A DNA stretch of 34,007 nucleotides from positions 1 to 34,007 of the IMG/VR virus record IMGVR_UViG_3300034073_000494. One strand, 5' to 3'. The first letter of the stretch is position 1, and every line of letters begins with the position of its first letter. The DNA is from a virus (Duplodnaviria > Caudoviricetes). Position numbers and translations under genes: made by a program. Below, in pieces: positions 8,828-16,650 of the stretch. The notes under the pieces were generated by a model. It did no database searches. It was not told the DNA's origin and was given only the letters and a program-made list of their open reading frames with translations.

Positions 8828-10507
8828 ATGCCAGTTGTTTATATTGAAGGGATTGGGAATGTTACTTTCCCGGACTCCATGTCCCCTCAAGAGATTGAGC
8901 GGCAAATCAACAGCATGATGCGCCAGCCGGAGCCGGCCCCGCAAATGGGCGGCCTTGAGGCTTTTGGCCGTGGCGCACTTCAATCTTTGAAGGATATTGG
9001 GTTTGGCGCGCAACAACTTGGCGCTGAAGCCGGTGAGGCTGTTGGCCTTGTTGAGCCTGAAACCGTGCAGCGATTGCGGCAAGAAGAGGCTGCTCGCCGT
9101 GCGGAAAATGCAGCGTTTATGGGCACCGGAGCAGGGCAAGCGGGTTATTTACTTGGCTCTGTCGGCTCTTTGTTGGTGCCGGGCGCTGCGCTTGGCAGAT
9201 TAGCTGGGGCGGCCGGAACAGTTGCTCGTGGAATATCTGCGCCAACAACTTTTGGGGGCGCGGCAGCAGGCGGCGGATTGCTTGGAGCCTTGCAGCCATT
9301 GGAGGAAGAAGAAAAACGCACGTCTGCTGTCGCGCTTGGCGCGCTAGGCGGCGCTGCTGGGCAAGGTATTGCTAGAGGCGTCAGCCGATTGGCGCAACCT
9401 GTTACTAGCGCGCCATCCCCGCAGCAAGCTCGTGCCGTTGAGCGATTGCTGGGCGCTGGCGTCCCTGTGGACATTGCAGAGCAAACAGGCTCAGAGAATT
9501 TGCGGCTTGTGCGTAGATTCTTAATGGATAATCCATTAACTACTGGCGGCATGCGCAAAGCTCAGGAAGCACAGCAGGCTGCTTTTAATCGTGCGGCGTT
9601 AAAGTTAGTCGGCGAAGAAGGTGACGCTGCAATCCCTGAAGTGCTGCAAGGCGCGCACGAACGCATTGGCGCGGTAATGGATGATGTTGCCCAAAAGTAC
9701 GACGTGAAGATTGATGACAAAATGATTGATGAACTTGCAAAAGTTGAAAGCGTTGCAAGAAAGACTGTTAGCAGTGATGCGTTTGCCCCAATAAAAAATC
9801 AGCTAGATGAGATTCTTCAAAAACTTGAAGTGGGTGACACAATCTCTGGCGAGGCTTATCAAAACATTAGGTCTGACGCAACGGCTCTTGCCAAAAACAA
9901 TCCTCAACTAACTGAAGCCACTAGACAGTTGCGGGAGGCTATTGACGGTGCGTTGGAACGTACTGCCCGAGGGGCTGACGCTGCTGCATTGAAAACAGCA
10001 AGAAAGCAATACCGCAACCTCATGAAGATTGAGGACTCTATTGGCGTCACTGAGCTTGGCGATATTAGTGTGCCTAAGCTTGCGGCGGTCACGTCCAGAA
10101 AAAGCGAGCGAGCGGCAGCCTTGCGTAACCGTGGAGACGCCGAGCTTGCGCGCTTGGCCCGCAGTGCGGCGACGGTACGAGAAACCTTCCCGCAGTCAGG
10201 CACGGCGCAAAGGGCTGCATTGCAAACTCTTGGCGGCACGCTGATTCCGGGGCTTGGTGCTGCGGGATACTCTGCGGCACAAGGCAATGAGCTGTCAGAG
10301 GCCGCTATGTTTGGGCTGGCCGGCGGGGCGCTTGGAGTGGCTACCCCATTAGCTATGTCCAGAGCCTTTAGAAGCCCAGCGGCACAGCAATACTTAATGC
10401 GTGGCATACAGACGCCGTTTCTGCGGCAGCCATTGCTTTCCCCCGCGTTAAGGGGTGGCCTGACCTATACGCCGGCAGCAATCGGCCTGCTGGACGTTGA
10501 GGAATAA
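8828..10507 (+). CDS. putative large DNA ejection/transfer protein
   Basis: 559 aa with Gly/Ala-rich hydrophobic stretches and PQSGTAQR near the C-terminus; last gene of the ejection cluster. Confidence 0.65.
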   Translation: MPVVYIEGIGNVTFPDSMSPQEIERQINSMMRQPEPAPQMGGLEAFGRGALQSLKDIGFGAQQLGAEAGEAVGLVEPETVQRLRQEEAARRAENAAFMGTGAGQAGYLLGSVGSLLVPGAALGRLAGAAGTVARGISAPTTFGGAAAGGGLLGALQPLEEEEKRTSAVALGALGGAAGQGIARGVSRLAQPVTSAPSPQQARAVERLLGAGVPVDIAEQTGSENLRLVRRFLMDNPLTTGGMRKAQEAQQAAFNRAALKLVGEEGDAAIPEVLQGAHERIGAVMDDVAQKYDVKIDDKMIDELAKVESVARKTVSSDAFAPIKNQLDEILQKLEVGDTISGEAYQNIRSDATALAKNNPQLTEATRQLREAIDGALERTARGADAAALKTARKQYRNLMKIEDSIGVTELGDISVPKLAAVTSRKSERAAALRNRGDAELARLARSAATVRETFPQSGTAQRAALQTLGGTLIPGLGAAGYSAAQGNELSEAAMFGLAGGALGVATPLAMSRAFRSPAAQQYLMRGIQTPFLRQPLLSPALRGGLTYTPAAIGLLDVEE

Positions 10508-10581
10508 CGCAACACGCAAGGAAGTTGTGCTAACCTCTTGCCAACCTTGGCAATGGACTGCCTAACACAGGAGGGTCAGCT

Positions 10582-10932
10582 ATGCCTGCCAAGTCGAAGA
10601 CGCCTAAAAAGCGTGCGCCGCGTAAGCCGCCAGCGCCGCGTGAGGATGGGGTGCCGAGCCAATTCCAACTGGCCGGCCATACCATCACCGTGGTCACGGT
10701 TCCAAAGAGCCGGTGGAAGTATAAGAACGCTGTAGCCTTGTGGATGCCAAACGAGTGCAGGATTGAGCTGCACGGCGGGCTGCACGGCAGCGCCCGTGTC
10801 CAAGCCTTTATGCACGAGGCCACCCATGCCGTGCTGGACGTGGCGGGCTACAGCAATACCCTTTCGATGGATGAGGAGTTGGTAGACAGGTTGGCGCACC
10901 TACTGCACCAGATGTTTACCACTATTGAATGA
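10582..10932 (+). CDS. small zincin-like metallopeptidase (HExxH)
   Basis: FMHEATHAVL followed by a downstream DEELVD acidic ligand; RBS AGGAGG. Confidence 0.7.
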   Translation: MPAKSKTPKKRAPRKPPAPREDGVPSQFQLAGHTITVVTVPKSRWKYKNAVALWMPNECRIELHGGLHGSARVQAFMHEATHAVLDVAGYSNTLSMDEELVDRLAHLLHQMFTTIE

Positions 10933-11672
10933 GACGGCACCTCATCATCCCCGACGTGCAAATCAAGCCGGGGAGTAGAACAGAGCATCTCAAGTGGGCG
11001 GGCGAGGCGATACTCGACTACAAGCCCGACATCATTGTGTGCCTCGGTGACTTCTGGGACTTGCCCAGCTTGTCCAGCCATTCAGCGCCCGGCAGCGCAG
11101 AGCTGGAGGGTGCGCGATACCAAGAAGATATAAAGGTTGGCAACGAATCCTTTAATAAGCTCGACTCTTATTTAAGGAAATCGCGCAGCAAGACGTGGCG
11201 GCCGCGCAAGGTGTTTCTTGAGGGTAATCACGAGAATCGTGCCAACCGTATCGCCACCAATGACCCGAAGTGGTCAGGGATTATCGGCTCACACAACTGC
11301 GAAACCTTGGACTGGGAAAGACACCGATTTCTCAAAATCGTGGAAATCGACGGCATCAAATATTGCCACTACTTTCCTAATCCATTTAGCGGCAAGCCCA
11401 TCGGCGGCACTATCGTGTCGCGCTTGAATAACATTGGGGCGAGCTTTGTGCAGGGCCACCAGCAGGGCTTTCTCTATGCCAGCAAGCAATACCCCGACCA
11501 CGTTAAGCATGGGCTAGTCGCTGGCCGCTTCTACCTTGACCACGAGGGCTACCGCCCCGACGACGTACAGCGTACCGAGTGGTCAGGCATCGTGGTGCTA
11601 AACGGTGTGCGCAAGGGGGACTATGACCTGATGCCGCTGCGCATGGACTACTTGAAGCGCAAGTACGGCTGA
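10929..11672 (+). CDS. calcineurin-like metallophosphoesterase
   Basis: IIPDVQ, LGDFWD, EGNHE, YCHY and QGHQQ motifs in canonical order. Confidence 0.88.
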   Translation: MRRHLIIPDVQIKPGSRTEHLKWAGEAILDYKPDIIVCLGDFWDLPSLSSHSAPGSAELEGARYQEDIKVGNESFNKLDSYLRKSRSKTWRPRKVFLEGNHENRANRIATNDPKWSGIIGSHNCETLDWERHRFLKIVEIDGIKYCHYFPNPFSGKPIGGTIVSRLNNIGASFVQGHQQGFLYASKQYPDHVKHGLVAGRFYLDHEGYRPDDVQRTEWSGIVVLNGVRKGDYDLMPLRMDYLKRKYG

Positions 11673-11764
11673 CGCCTACGTTTGCGCGGCTTGTGCTTCA
11701 CGAGCAGCACGCCCGTAATCAGGCCGCCCAGAAATCCAAAGGCCATCCAAGCCGCCTCAATCAT
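11648..11764 (-). CDS. 38-aa membrane micro-protein (not in ORF track)
   Basis: MIEAAWMAFGFLGGLITGVLLVKHKPRKRRRQPYLRFK; start overlaps the stop of 11757..12077. Confidence 0.45.
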   Translation of the reverse strand: MIEAAWMAFGFLGGLITGVLLVKHKPRKRRRQPYLRFK

Positions 11765-12077
11765 CGGCCAAAACATCGGCCAAGACCTCTGAGGCAATCT
11801 GGCCGGTCGCCCCGCCCATTGCCTCAAAAAGCCTTAGCGTGTCCTCATAGCGTGTCAGCTTAGCGCGCAGTGCCATCTCATTGGCCGAGCTTTCCACCTG
11901 CCAGCGCAGCATGTCGTCACGCTCCTTGGTTAGGCGGTCAATCTGCTCAAGGTAAGCGCGGATTCGCTCTTGCTGCTCTAGAACATGCGTGCGCCACTCA
12001 TGGCTGCTATGCGATTGGGCCAGCCATTCACGCAGCCAAGCGCCACTCAGTGATTCATTGTCGATTGTTGCTGTCAT
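11757..12077 (-). CDS. hypothetical coiled-coil protein
   Basis: 106-aa ORF in the leftward operon. Confidence 0.6.
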   Translation of the reverse strand: MTATIDNESLSGAWLREWLAQSHSSHEWRTHVLEQQERIRAYLEQIDRLTKERDDMLRWQVESSANEMALRAKLTRYEDTLRLFEAMGGATGQIASEVLADVLADD

Positions 12078-12140
12078 AAATAAACCGGCTGACGTAAGGG
12101 GGCCGGCACTCCCATTTTGTCCGCACGCCTCGGTCGGGGA

Positions 12141-12296
12141 TTAGTTCAGCTCCTTTCGCTCATGCTTTTCAATTACGGTCTTGGCAAACTCCATTAGCCA
12201 CTCGGGGTACACCGTCCACGATTCTTTGTGGATGGGCCGCAATGGCTTGGGGTCTTTGATATGTTCCGCAATACGGATCACTTCATCGCGGGTCAT
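12141..12296 (-). CDS. 51-aa hypothetical protein (MTRDEVIR...)
   Basis: ATG 12296 overlaps the upstream stop (ATGA); shorter than the track ORF. Confidence 0.6.
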   Translation of the reverse strand: MTRDEVIRIAEHIKDPKPLRPIHKESWTVYPEWLMEFAKTVIEKHERKELN

Positions 12297-12403
12297 GAAA
12301 AAGCCACCATAAATATAGCCGCAACAAATAAGCCTATGCCTGTTCCAAAACAAATAAGCGCCGACCAAAACATAGCTTCGTGAATGATGTCATCGCGGGT
12401 CAT
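12293..12403 (-). CDS. 36-aa TM micro-protein (MTRDDIIH...)
   Basis: MTRDDIIHEAMFWSALICFGTGIGLFVAAIFMVAFS; ATGA coupling on both sides. Confidence 0.55.
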   Translation of the reverse strand: MTRDDIIHEAMFWSALICFGTGIGLFVAAIFMVAFS

Positions 12404-12483
12404 AGCACCACCTTCATCAATACAAAACCAAGCACAAAAGACACTACACACAAGGCCGCATCTATCCATTCTTCGCGGGTCAT
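12400..12483 (-). CDS. 27-aa TM micro-protein (MTREEWID...)
   Basis: MTREEWIDAALCVVSFVLGFVLMKVVL; ATGA coupling on both sides. Confidence 0.5.
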   Translation of the reverse strand: MTREEWIDAALCVVSFVLGFVLMKVVL

Positions 12484-12761
12484 AAATTATCCCAATCAAT
12501 TTCGTCATCATCCTCGGCCCTCGCCACGATGTCCTCAGCAATGTACGCCGCCTTCATGCAGAACCATGCCGCCTTTTGAAAGTCTTGCTCGGTGGGCTGC
12601 CCCTCCTTTTTGCCAGCGCGGCTGAGGTACTTCAAGGCAGAGCCGCGACAGTAGGCCAGCGCACCCTCGTCGCCTAGCACCACTCGGATGTAATCGAACG
12701 CCTCAAACTTGAGGCCGTTAAATTCAAACTGGTAGTGCGCGGGGTTTATTGGATCAGCCAT
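12480..12761 (-). CDS. DUF3310/SaV-like protein (T7 gp1.7 nucleotide kinase-related)
   Basis: DPINPAHY...EAFDYI...YCRGSALKYLSRAGKK...DFQKAAWF signature. Confidence 0.85.
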   Translation of the reverse strand: MADPINPAHYQFEFNGLKFEAFDYIRVVLGDEGALAYCRGSALKYLSRAGKKEGQPTEQDFQKAAWFCMKAAYIAEDIVARAEDDDEIDWDNL

Positions 12762-12886
12762 GTGAATACGCTCCATGCTACGCCCAAGAAAAAGCCAATC
12801 AGTGCGGCGAATATCGCCAGCCCTGCAAAGCCAGCGAGCAATGCTACGCCAGCAAATAGGGTTGTCTCCCAGAATTCCTTGTTCAT
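12746..12886 (-). CDS. 46-aa membrane protein (not in ORF track)
   Basis: MNKEFWETTLFAGVALLAGFAGLAIFAALIGFFLGVAWSVFTWLIQ; ATGA overlap with the nuclease stop. Confidence 0.55.
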   Translation of the reverse strand: MNKEFWETTLFAGVALLAGFAGLAIFAALIGFFLGVAWSVFTWLIQ

Positions 12887-13590
12887 GCTGCCCTCTTCTT
12901 GAGCTTCAATGAAAGGTCATACAGTGCGCGCATGTGCAGGAACGCAGGCCATGCGTCCTCATCCAGCGACGGATAAAAGTGATGCCCAAAGTCGCCTGAG
13001 TCTTTACTGAATCTCAGCAGGTGATACCCGCCATCAATGATGTTGCCCGTGCACTCTTCATATGCCTTGGCGTAGGCTGCGAGCTGGCAGAGCATTTCGC
13101 CATACACACCGGAGCTGGTCTTAAAGTCTCCCAGCACCAGCTTGCCGTTGAGCTTGCCAATGAAATCTAACGTGCCGCCGTATTGATGCGTTTCAGAAAT
13201 AACCGGCACCTCAGTGTCAATGATGGTGAGCTGCGAGCCTTGGCACCAAAACTGGAACGCCGAGTAAGCCGACGCAGCCTGTGCGCGGAAACCAACCTTA
13301 TCCACCACGGTGTCAGCGTCTAGCGCCTTCTCTAAGACTTGCATAGGGTCTTCACCCTTTACCCAAGACTCGCACATGCTATGCACGCATGTGCCGATAG
13401 CGAGGATGTCATTGTCATAGAGGCCAGATGGGGCAGGTTTACCCTGCCCCTCCAGCACGCCATGCTCGCGACCAGTGCGGTACGCCCACGCAATCAATGG
13501 GCCGGGGTCTTTGGCCTTGCCCAAGATTGTAGTGACAGAGGGCAACTTCTTGCCGTCTGCTGCCCTGTAGCCTTGGCGTTGTGTAGGCAT
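12883..13590 (-). CDS. PD-(D/E)XK exonuclease
   Basis: LPSVTTIL, GTCVH, YGGTLD, GDFKTS and QLAAY motifs. Confidence 0.85.
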   Translation of the reverse strand: MPTQRQGYRAADGKKLPSVTTILGKAKDPGPLIAWAYRTGREHGVLEGQGKPAPSGLYDNDILAIGTCVHSMCESWVKGEDPMQVLEKALDADTVVDKVGFRAQAASAYSAFQFWCQGSQLTIIDTEVPVISETHQYGGTLDFIGKLNGKLVLGDFKTSSGVYGEMLCQLAAYAKAYEECTGNIIDGGYHLLRFSKDSGDFGHHFYPSLDEDAWPAFLHMRALYDLSLKLKKRAA

Positions 13591-14288
13591 TAGAACGTCA
13601 CCCCTTCAAGGTCATCAGGCACAAAGCTCGTGTCCACCGGCTGGTTGAGCTTGGGCTTGCTCGGGCCATTCGGCCCAGACTTGGCCCAAGTGTCTACCGG
13701 GTTTGCGGCGGGCTTTGCGGCAGCGGGCTGGTCAACCACGCGGTTGGCAATCTTGTCTTGCACCCACGCTGGCAGCTTGTCGAACACTGCCGGGTCAGGC
13801 TCGTCGATTGAGTACCATAAAGCCTCGCCTTCCAGAGTCGGTGCCGGCATGCCCTTGGGCAGCGGCATGATGCTGGTCAAGTTGGCATAAGTGCGGTCGC
13901 CCTTGGTGCTGTGCGTGACGTTGATGAAGGCGGGTTTGCCCAACACGTTCACAAGGTCAAACTTTTTCAGCTCTTCCGGCGTGAACGCTCTGCCGCGCCA
14001 GCTCTGCAACAACTGTCGCAGCGTGGATTTTTCGTTGAGCGACAGGCCCAGCGTGCGGGAGATGACCGCCGGCAAGTCTTTAGTCTCGCCGTCTTTGGTT
14101 ATCTCCACTCGTTCGCTTGGGATTTGGAAGCGCAGCAAGACGCTACGCTTGGCGGGGTATTGACTATTTGGCGAGGCTTGCACGCCTAAGTCCACGACCA
14201 TATCGCACACGGCGGGATAGGCTCCAGCCTCTAGCACCTTCTTCTCGAAGTTGCCGCCGCCACCAGACTCACTTATAAAAATAGGCAT
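13590..14288 (-). CDS. ssDNA-binding-like replication protein (NGO0469-like)
   Basis: GAYPAVCDMVVDLG...SLNEKSTLRQLLQSWRGRAF...YANL; flexible acidic tail ending in F; adjacent to the exonuclease. Confidence 0.7.
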   Translation of the reverse strand: MPIFISESGGGGNFEKKVLEAGAYPAVCDMVVDLGVQASPNSQYPAKRSVLLRFQIPSERVEITKDGETKDLPAVISRTLGLSLNEKSTLRQLLQSWRGRAFTPEELKKFDLVNVLGKPAFINVTHSTKGDRTYANLTSIMPLPKGMPAPTLEGEALWYSIDEPDPAVFDKLPAWVQDKIANRVVDQPAAAKPAANPVDTWAKSGPNGPSKPKLNQPVDTSFVPDDLEGVTF

Positions 14289-14320
14289 CTTGATTTACTC
14301 CGTAAAGTTATAACAACGGT

Positions 14321-14437
14321 TCACCAAAACTCTCGTCCGCCGCGACTGCTGCGTACGTTTGGCGGGGGAACCTGCCGCCAAGAATAATCTTTGTACTCTC
14401 TCCATCTTTTGAGCCAACGCTTAATCATGTTGATCAT
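14321..14437 (-). CDS. small basic hypothetical protein
   Basis: MINMIKRWLKRWREYKDYSWRQVPPPNVRSSRGGREFW after a GGTGGAG RBS. Confidence 0.45.
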   Translation of the reverse strand: MINMIKRWLKRWREYKDYSWRQVPPPNVRSSRGGREFW

Positions 14438-15557
14438 TCTCCACCTTGTTGATTCGTTCGCCAATCCAGCGCATGACGGGTACGGCCATTGAGTTGCCGA
14501 GGGCTTTGTATCTTGGCCCATCAGGTGACTCTGGCTTGTTGCGCCACGGGATGTTGGTGTAGCCATCGGGGAAGCCTTGCAAGCGTTCGCACTCAACGGG
14601 GGTGAGGCGGCGCACTTGCATGGCGGGAGTCATCACGCTGCCTTCAAACCCACCACCTTCTGTGCGTGCCTTAAGCGTTCCAAAACCATCAAGGCGTGCG
14701 TTCTGTTCTTCATCTAATCCAATGGCCACCGGCTGCGCCACCACATTCTGCCCACGGTCAGCGCAAGGTGAGCTGTCGTGCCGGGCGGTGAGACTGCCCG
14801 CCACGTCGCCAAATTGGGTGATGGGTTGCGCCACCGCCGGCACTTGATTGCGTTGCAGCATCGCTGTTTCTTTGGGGTCAAGTCCTCTGGCATCGCCGCC
14901 TGACTGCCAATCAAAGACTACGGGCAAGGTTTCGGTTTCTGAGTCGTAACGCTTTCCAACGCCTGCTGTAAGGCACTTGGCAGTTTCTTGCCGCGCTTCT
15001 CTGCTCGGCGGAGTATCCCGCCGCACGCTTTCGGACTCAAAAAGAACCTTGGCGGGATGTCTCCAATCTCCAAGGTATCCGACAACGAACACACGACGGC
15101 GGCGCTGGGCCACTCCGAACCACTGAGCGTCCAAGACTCTGTACGCCCACCCATACCCCAACTCCCCCAGCGCCCCGAGGAAGGTTCCAAAATCCCGTCC
15201 TCCGTTGCTCGACAGGACGCCGGGGACGTTTTCCCAGACAATCCATCTAGGCCGCTGACGTTGAGCGATTGCAAGAAAGGTAAGCATGAGGTTTCCTCTA
15301 GGGTCGGCAAGCCCTCGTCTGAGTCCGGCCACTGAGAATGACTGGCATGGGGTTCCTCCCACGAGAAGGTCGATTGAATCAAGGTTCCACTCCTCAAATT
15401 GCGTCATGTCACCAAGGTTAGGTACATCAGGATAGTGATGCGCCAACACGGCTGACGGGAATTTCTCAATGTCACTGAAGGCCACGGGCTGCCAGCCCAT
15501 GTGATGCCACGCTACGGTGGCGGCCTCAATGCCAGAGCAGACAGAGAGATACTTCAC
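14421..15557 (-). CDS. DNA (cytosine-5) methyltransferase
   Basis: Motif I variant CSGIEA, IV GGTPCQSFS, VI WENVPG, VIII QRRRRVF, IX RRLTPVECERLQGFP and X YKALGNS; GTG start at 15557 overlaps the upstream stop. Confidence 0.95.
   Translation of the reverse strand: MKYLSVCSGIEAATVAWHHMGWQPVAFSDIEKFPSAVLAHHYPDVPNLGDMTQFEEWNLDSIDLLVGGTPCQSFSVAGLRRGLADPRGNLMLTFLAIAQRQRPRWIVWENVPGVLSSNGGRDFGTFLGALGELGYGWAYRVLDAQWFGVAQRRRRVFVVGYLGDWRHPAKVLFESESVRRDTPPSREARQETAKCLTAGVGKRYDSETETLPVVFDWQSGGDARGLDPKETAMLQRNQVPAVAQPITQFGDVAGSLTARHDSSPCADRGQNVVAQPVAIGLDEEQNARLDGFGTLKARTEGGGFEGSVMTPAMQVRRLTPVECERLQGFPDGYTNIPWRNKPESPDGPRYKALGNSMAVPVMRWIGERINKVENDQHD
14918..15397 (-). CDS. nested alternative-frame ORF, M.EcoHK31I beta-like
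   Basis: 159 open codons on the same strand in a shifted frame; SSGRWGSWGM...CSLSDTLE...FFLSPKACGGILRRAEKRGKKLP resembles my recollection of the EcoHK31I beta N-terminal region; start uncertain. Confidence 0.55.
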   Translation of the reverse strand: MRSGTLIQSTFSWEEPHASHSQWPDSDEGLPTLEETSCLPFLQSLNVSGLDGLSGKTSPASCRATEDGILEPSSGRWGSWGMGGRTESWTLSGSEWPSAAVVCSLSDTLEIGDIPPRFFLSPKACGGILRRAEKRGKKLPSALQQALESVTTQKPKPCP

Positions 15558-15667
15558 CAGTATCGCTCCACTGCCATACCAACGAGTGCGATGCCGGCGA
15601 GTACCCAACAAGCCTTGGCGAGCATCCACCATTCTTGCGGGGAGGCCGCTGCGGTAATTACATCCAT
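15554..15667 (-). CDS. 37-aa membrane micro-protein (not in ORF track)
   Basis: MDVITAAASPQEWWMLAKACWVLAGIALVGMAVERYW; RBS GGAGG; stop overlaps the MTase GTG. Confidence 0.55.
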   Translation of the reverse strand: MDVITAAASPQEWWMLAKACWVLAGIALVGMAVERYW

Positions 15668-15885
15668 TTGCGTGCCTCCTCTGGGCAGTAACGAGTCCAG
15701 AGCCGTGCCACCTCCTCAGCGTGGCCTGTCTCGCTCAACTCTCGGCAAGCCTTGACCAGTTGCGCCTCGGCGGCTGCGCCTTTGCCCCATGCGTTATAGT
15801 CGTCTGCGTAGCCGTAAAGCCAATCGTGGCGGCGCATCATTTGCTCTAGGGTTTCAAGCGTGATGGTTTCTTTGGTGGTTGTCAT
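15658..15885 (-). CDS. hypothetical early protein
   Basis: HDWLYGYADD motif recurrent in small phage proteins; RBS GGGGA. Confidence 0.65.
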   Translation of the reverse strand: MTTTKETITLETLEQMMRRHDWLYGYADDYNAWGKGAAAEAQLVKACRELSETGHAEEVARLWTRYCPEEARKWM

Positions 15886-15909
15886 GGTTGTCCCCGAGGG
15901 AGGGGCGGC

Positions 15910-16290
15910 TTACGCCGCCACCCCGCGCTCTTCCATAAAATCACGGTAATCAATACCCTGACTGATGTATTCATCTGATCCGTAAGCAGGTCTAACCTCG
16001 TACCAATGATCGAAGTTGACCGAGCGACCAGCAGCAAGATGAGCTTCGACGCGAGCGACCAATTTACCGACTTTGGCTTGAGCCTCTGCGCGGTTGTCTT
16101 GATAGAACGGGCCTTCACCTAATTCGTCGTAACCCAAGTTAATCGCACCGCTAACCGCGAAGTTATGCCGCCAGCGGCGACCGCTTGAATTGGTGAGCTG
16201 GGCGAAATATCGCTCGGAGACATAAGGATGACCGTCATCTCGGCGGCCAGCTTCGTACAGGTCTGAAACCAGTTCCACTTCGTATCGCAT
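15910..16290 (-). CDS. hypothetical protein, first gene of the leftward operon
   Basis: ATG 16290 preceded by AGGAG; MRYEVELVSDLYEAGRRDDG...; start trimmed from track ORF 16518. Confidence 0.7.
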   Translation of the reverse strand: MRYEVELVSDLYEAGRRDDGHPYVSERYFAQLTNSSGRRWRHNFAVSGAINLGYDELGEGPFYQDNRAEAQAKVGKLVARVEAHLAAGRSVNFDHWYEVRPAYGSDEYISQGIDYRDFMEERGVAA

Positions 16291-16339
16291 TGTTTTCTCC
16301 TGTTTACCACTTTGTGGCGGCACCGCCGCCGGGTCTTTT

Positions 16340-16367
16340 ATTCTCCACATCTGCAATAGAGTGTCAA
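16340..16367 (-). promoter_or_regulatory. sigma70-type leftward promoter
   Basis: Minus strand reads TTGACA-16 bp-GAGAAT, about 50 bp upstream of ATG 16290. Confidence 0.6.
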
Positions 16368-16412
16368 GAACTTCTTGAAAAATAATTTCTACACAGGGCA
16401 AGGATGTCTTGA
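16364..16412. promoter_or_regulatory. two putative operators CAAG-N5-CTTG
   Basis: TCAAGAACTTCTTGA (perfect 7-1-7 palindrome, 16364-16378) and CAAGGATGTCTTG (16399-16411) in the divergent intergenic region. Confidence 0.6.
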
Positions 16413-16426
16413 TAGGATTTAAGGGT

Positions 16427-16648
16427 ATGAACAACCACCGCATATCGCCGCAGAAGGCGGCCTTACTCCATGCTGTCTCGCAAGCCGGCGGGCAGGCAGA
16501 ATTGGCTCGTAAACTCAAGGTAAAGCCGCAAGCCGTGCATCAGTGGCTTACCGCTGGCAGAGTGCCACCCCTGCGCGTGCTGGCCGTAGAGGCCGCCACA
16601 GGCGTTTCTAGGACGGCGCTTAGACCAGACTTGTATCCGGGGGATTGA
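16427..16648 (+). CDS. Cro-like HTH regulator (YdaS family)
   Basis: AGGQAELARKLKVKPQAVHQW...VPPLRVLAVEAATGVSRTALRPDLY. Confidence 0.9.
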   Translation: MNNHRISPQKAALLHAVSQAGGQAELARKLKVKPQAVHQWLTAGRVPPLRVLAVEAATGVSRTALRPDLYPGD

Positions 16649-16650
16649 CC

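Noticed and set aside
12078-12140. tRNA or structured ncRNA in a GC-rich intergenic gap
   Set aside because: Only short stems; no cloverleaf or T-loop consensus. No tRNA was recognised anywhere in the window
12883-13590. Cas4/CRISPR association of the nuclease
   Set aside because: It lacks the four-Cys cluster pattern and sits beside an SSB-like gene, as ordinary phage recombination nucleases do
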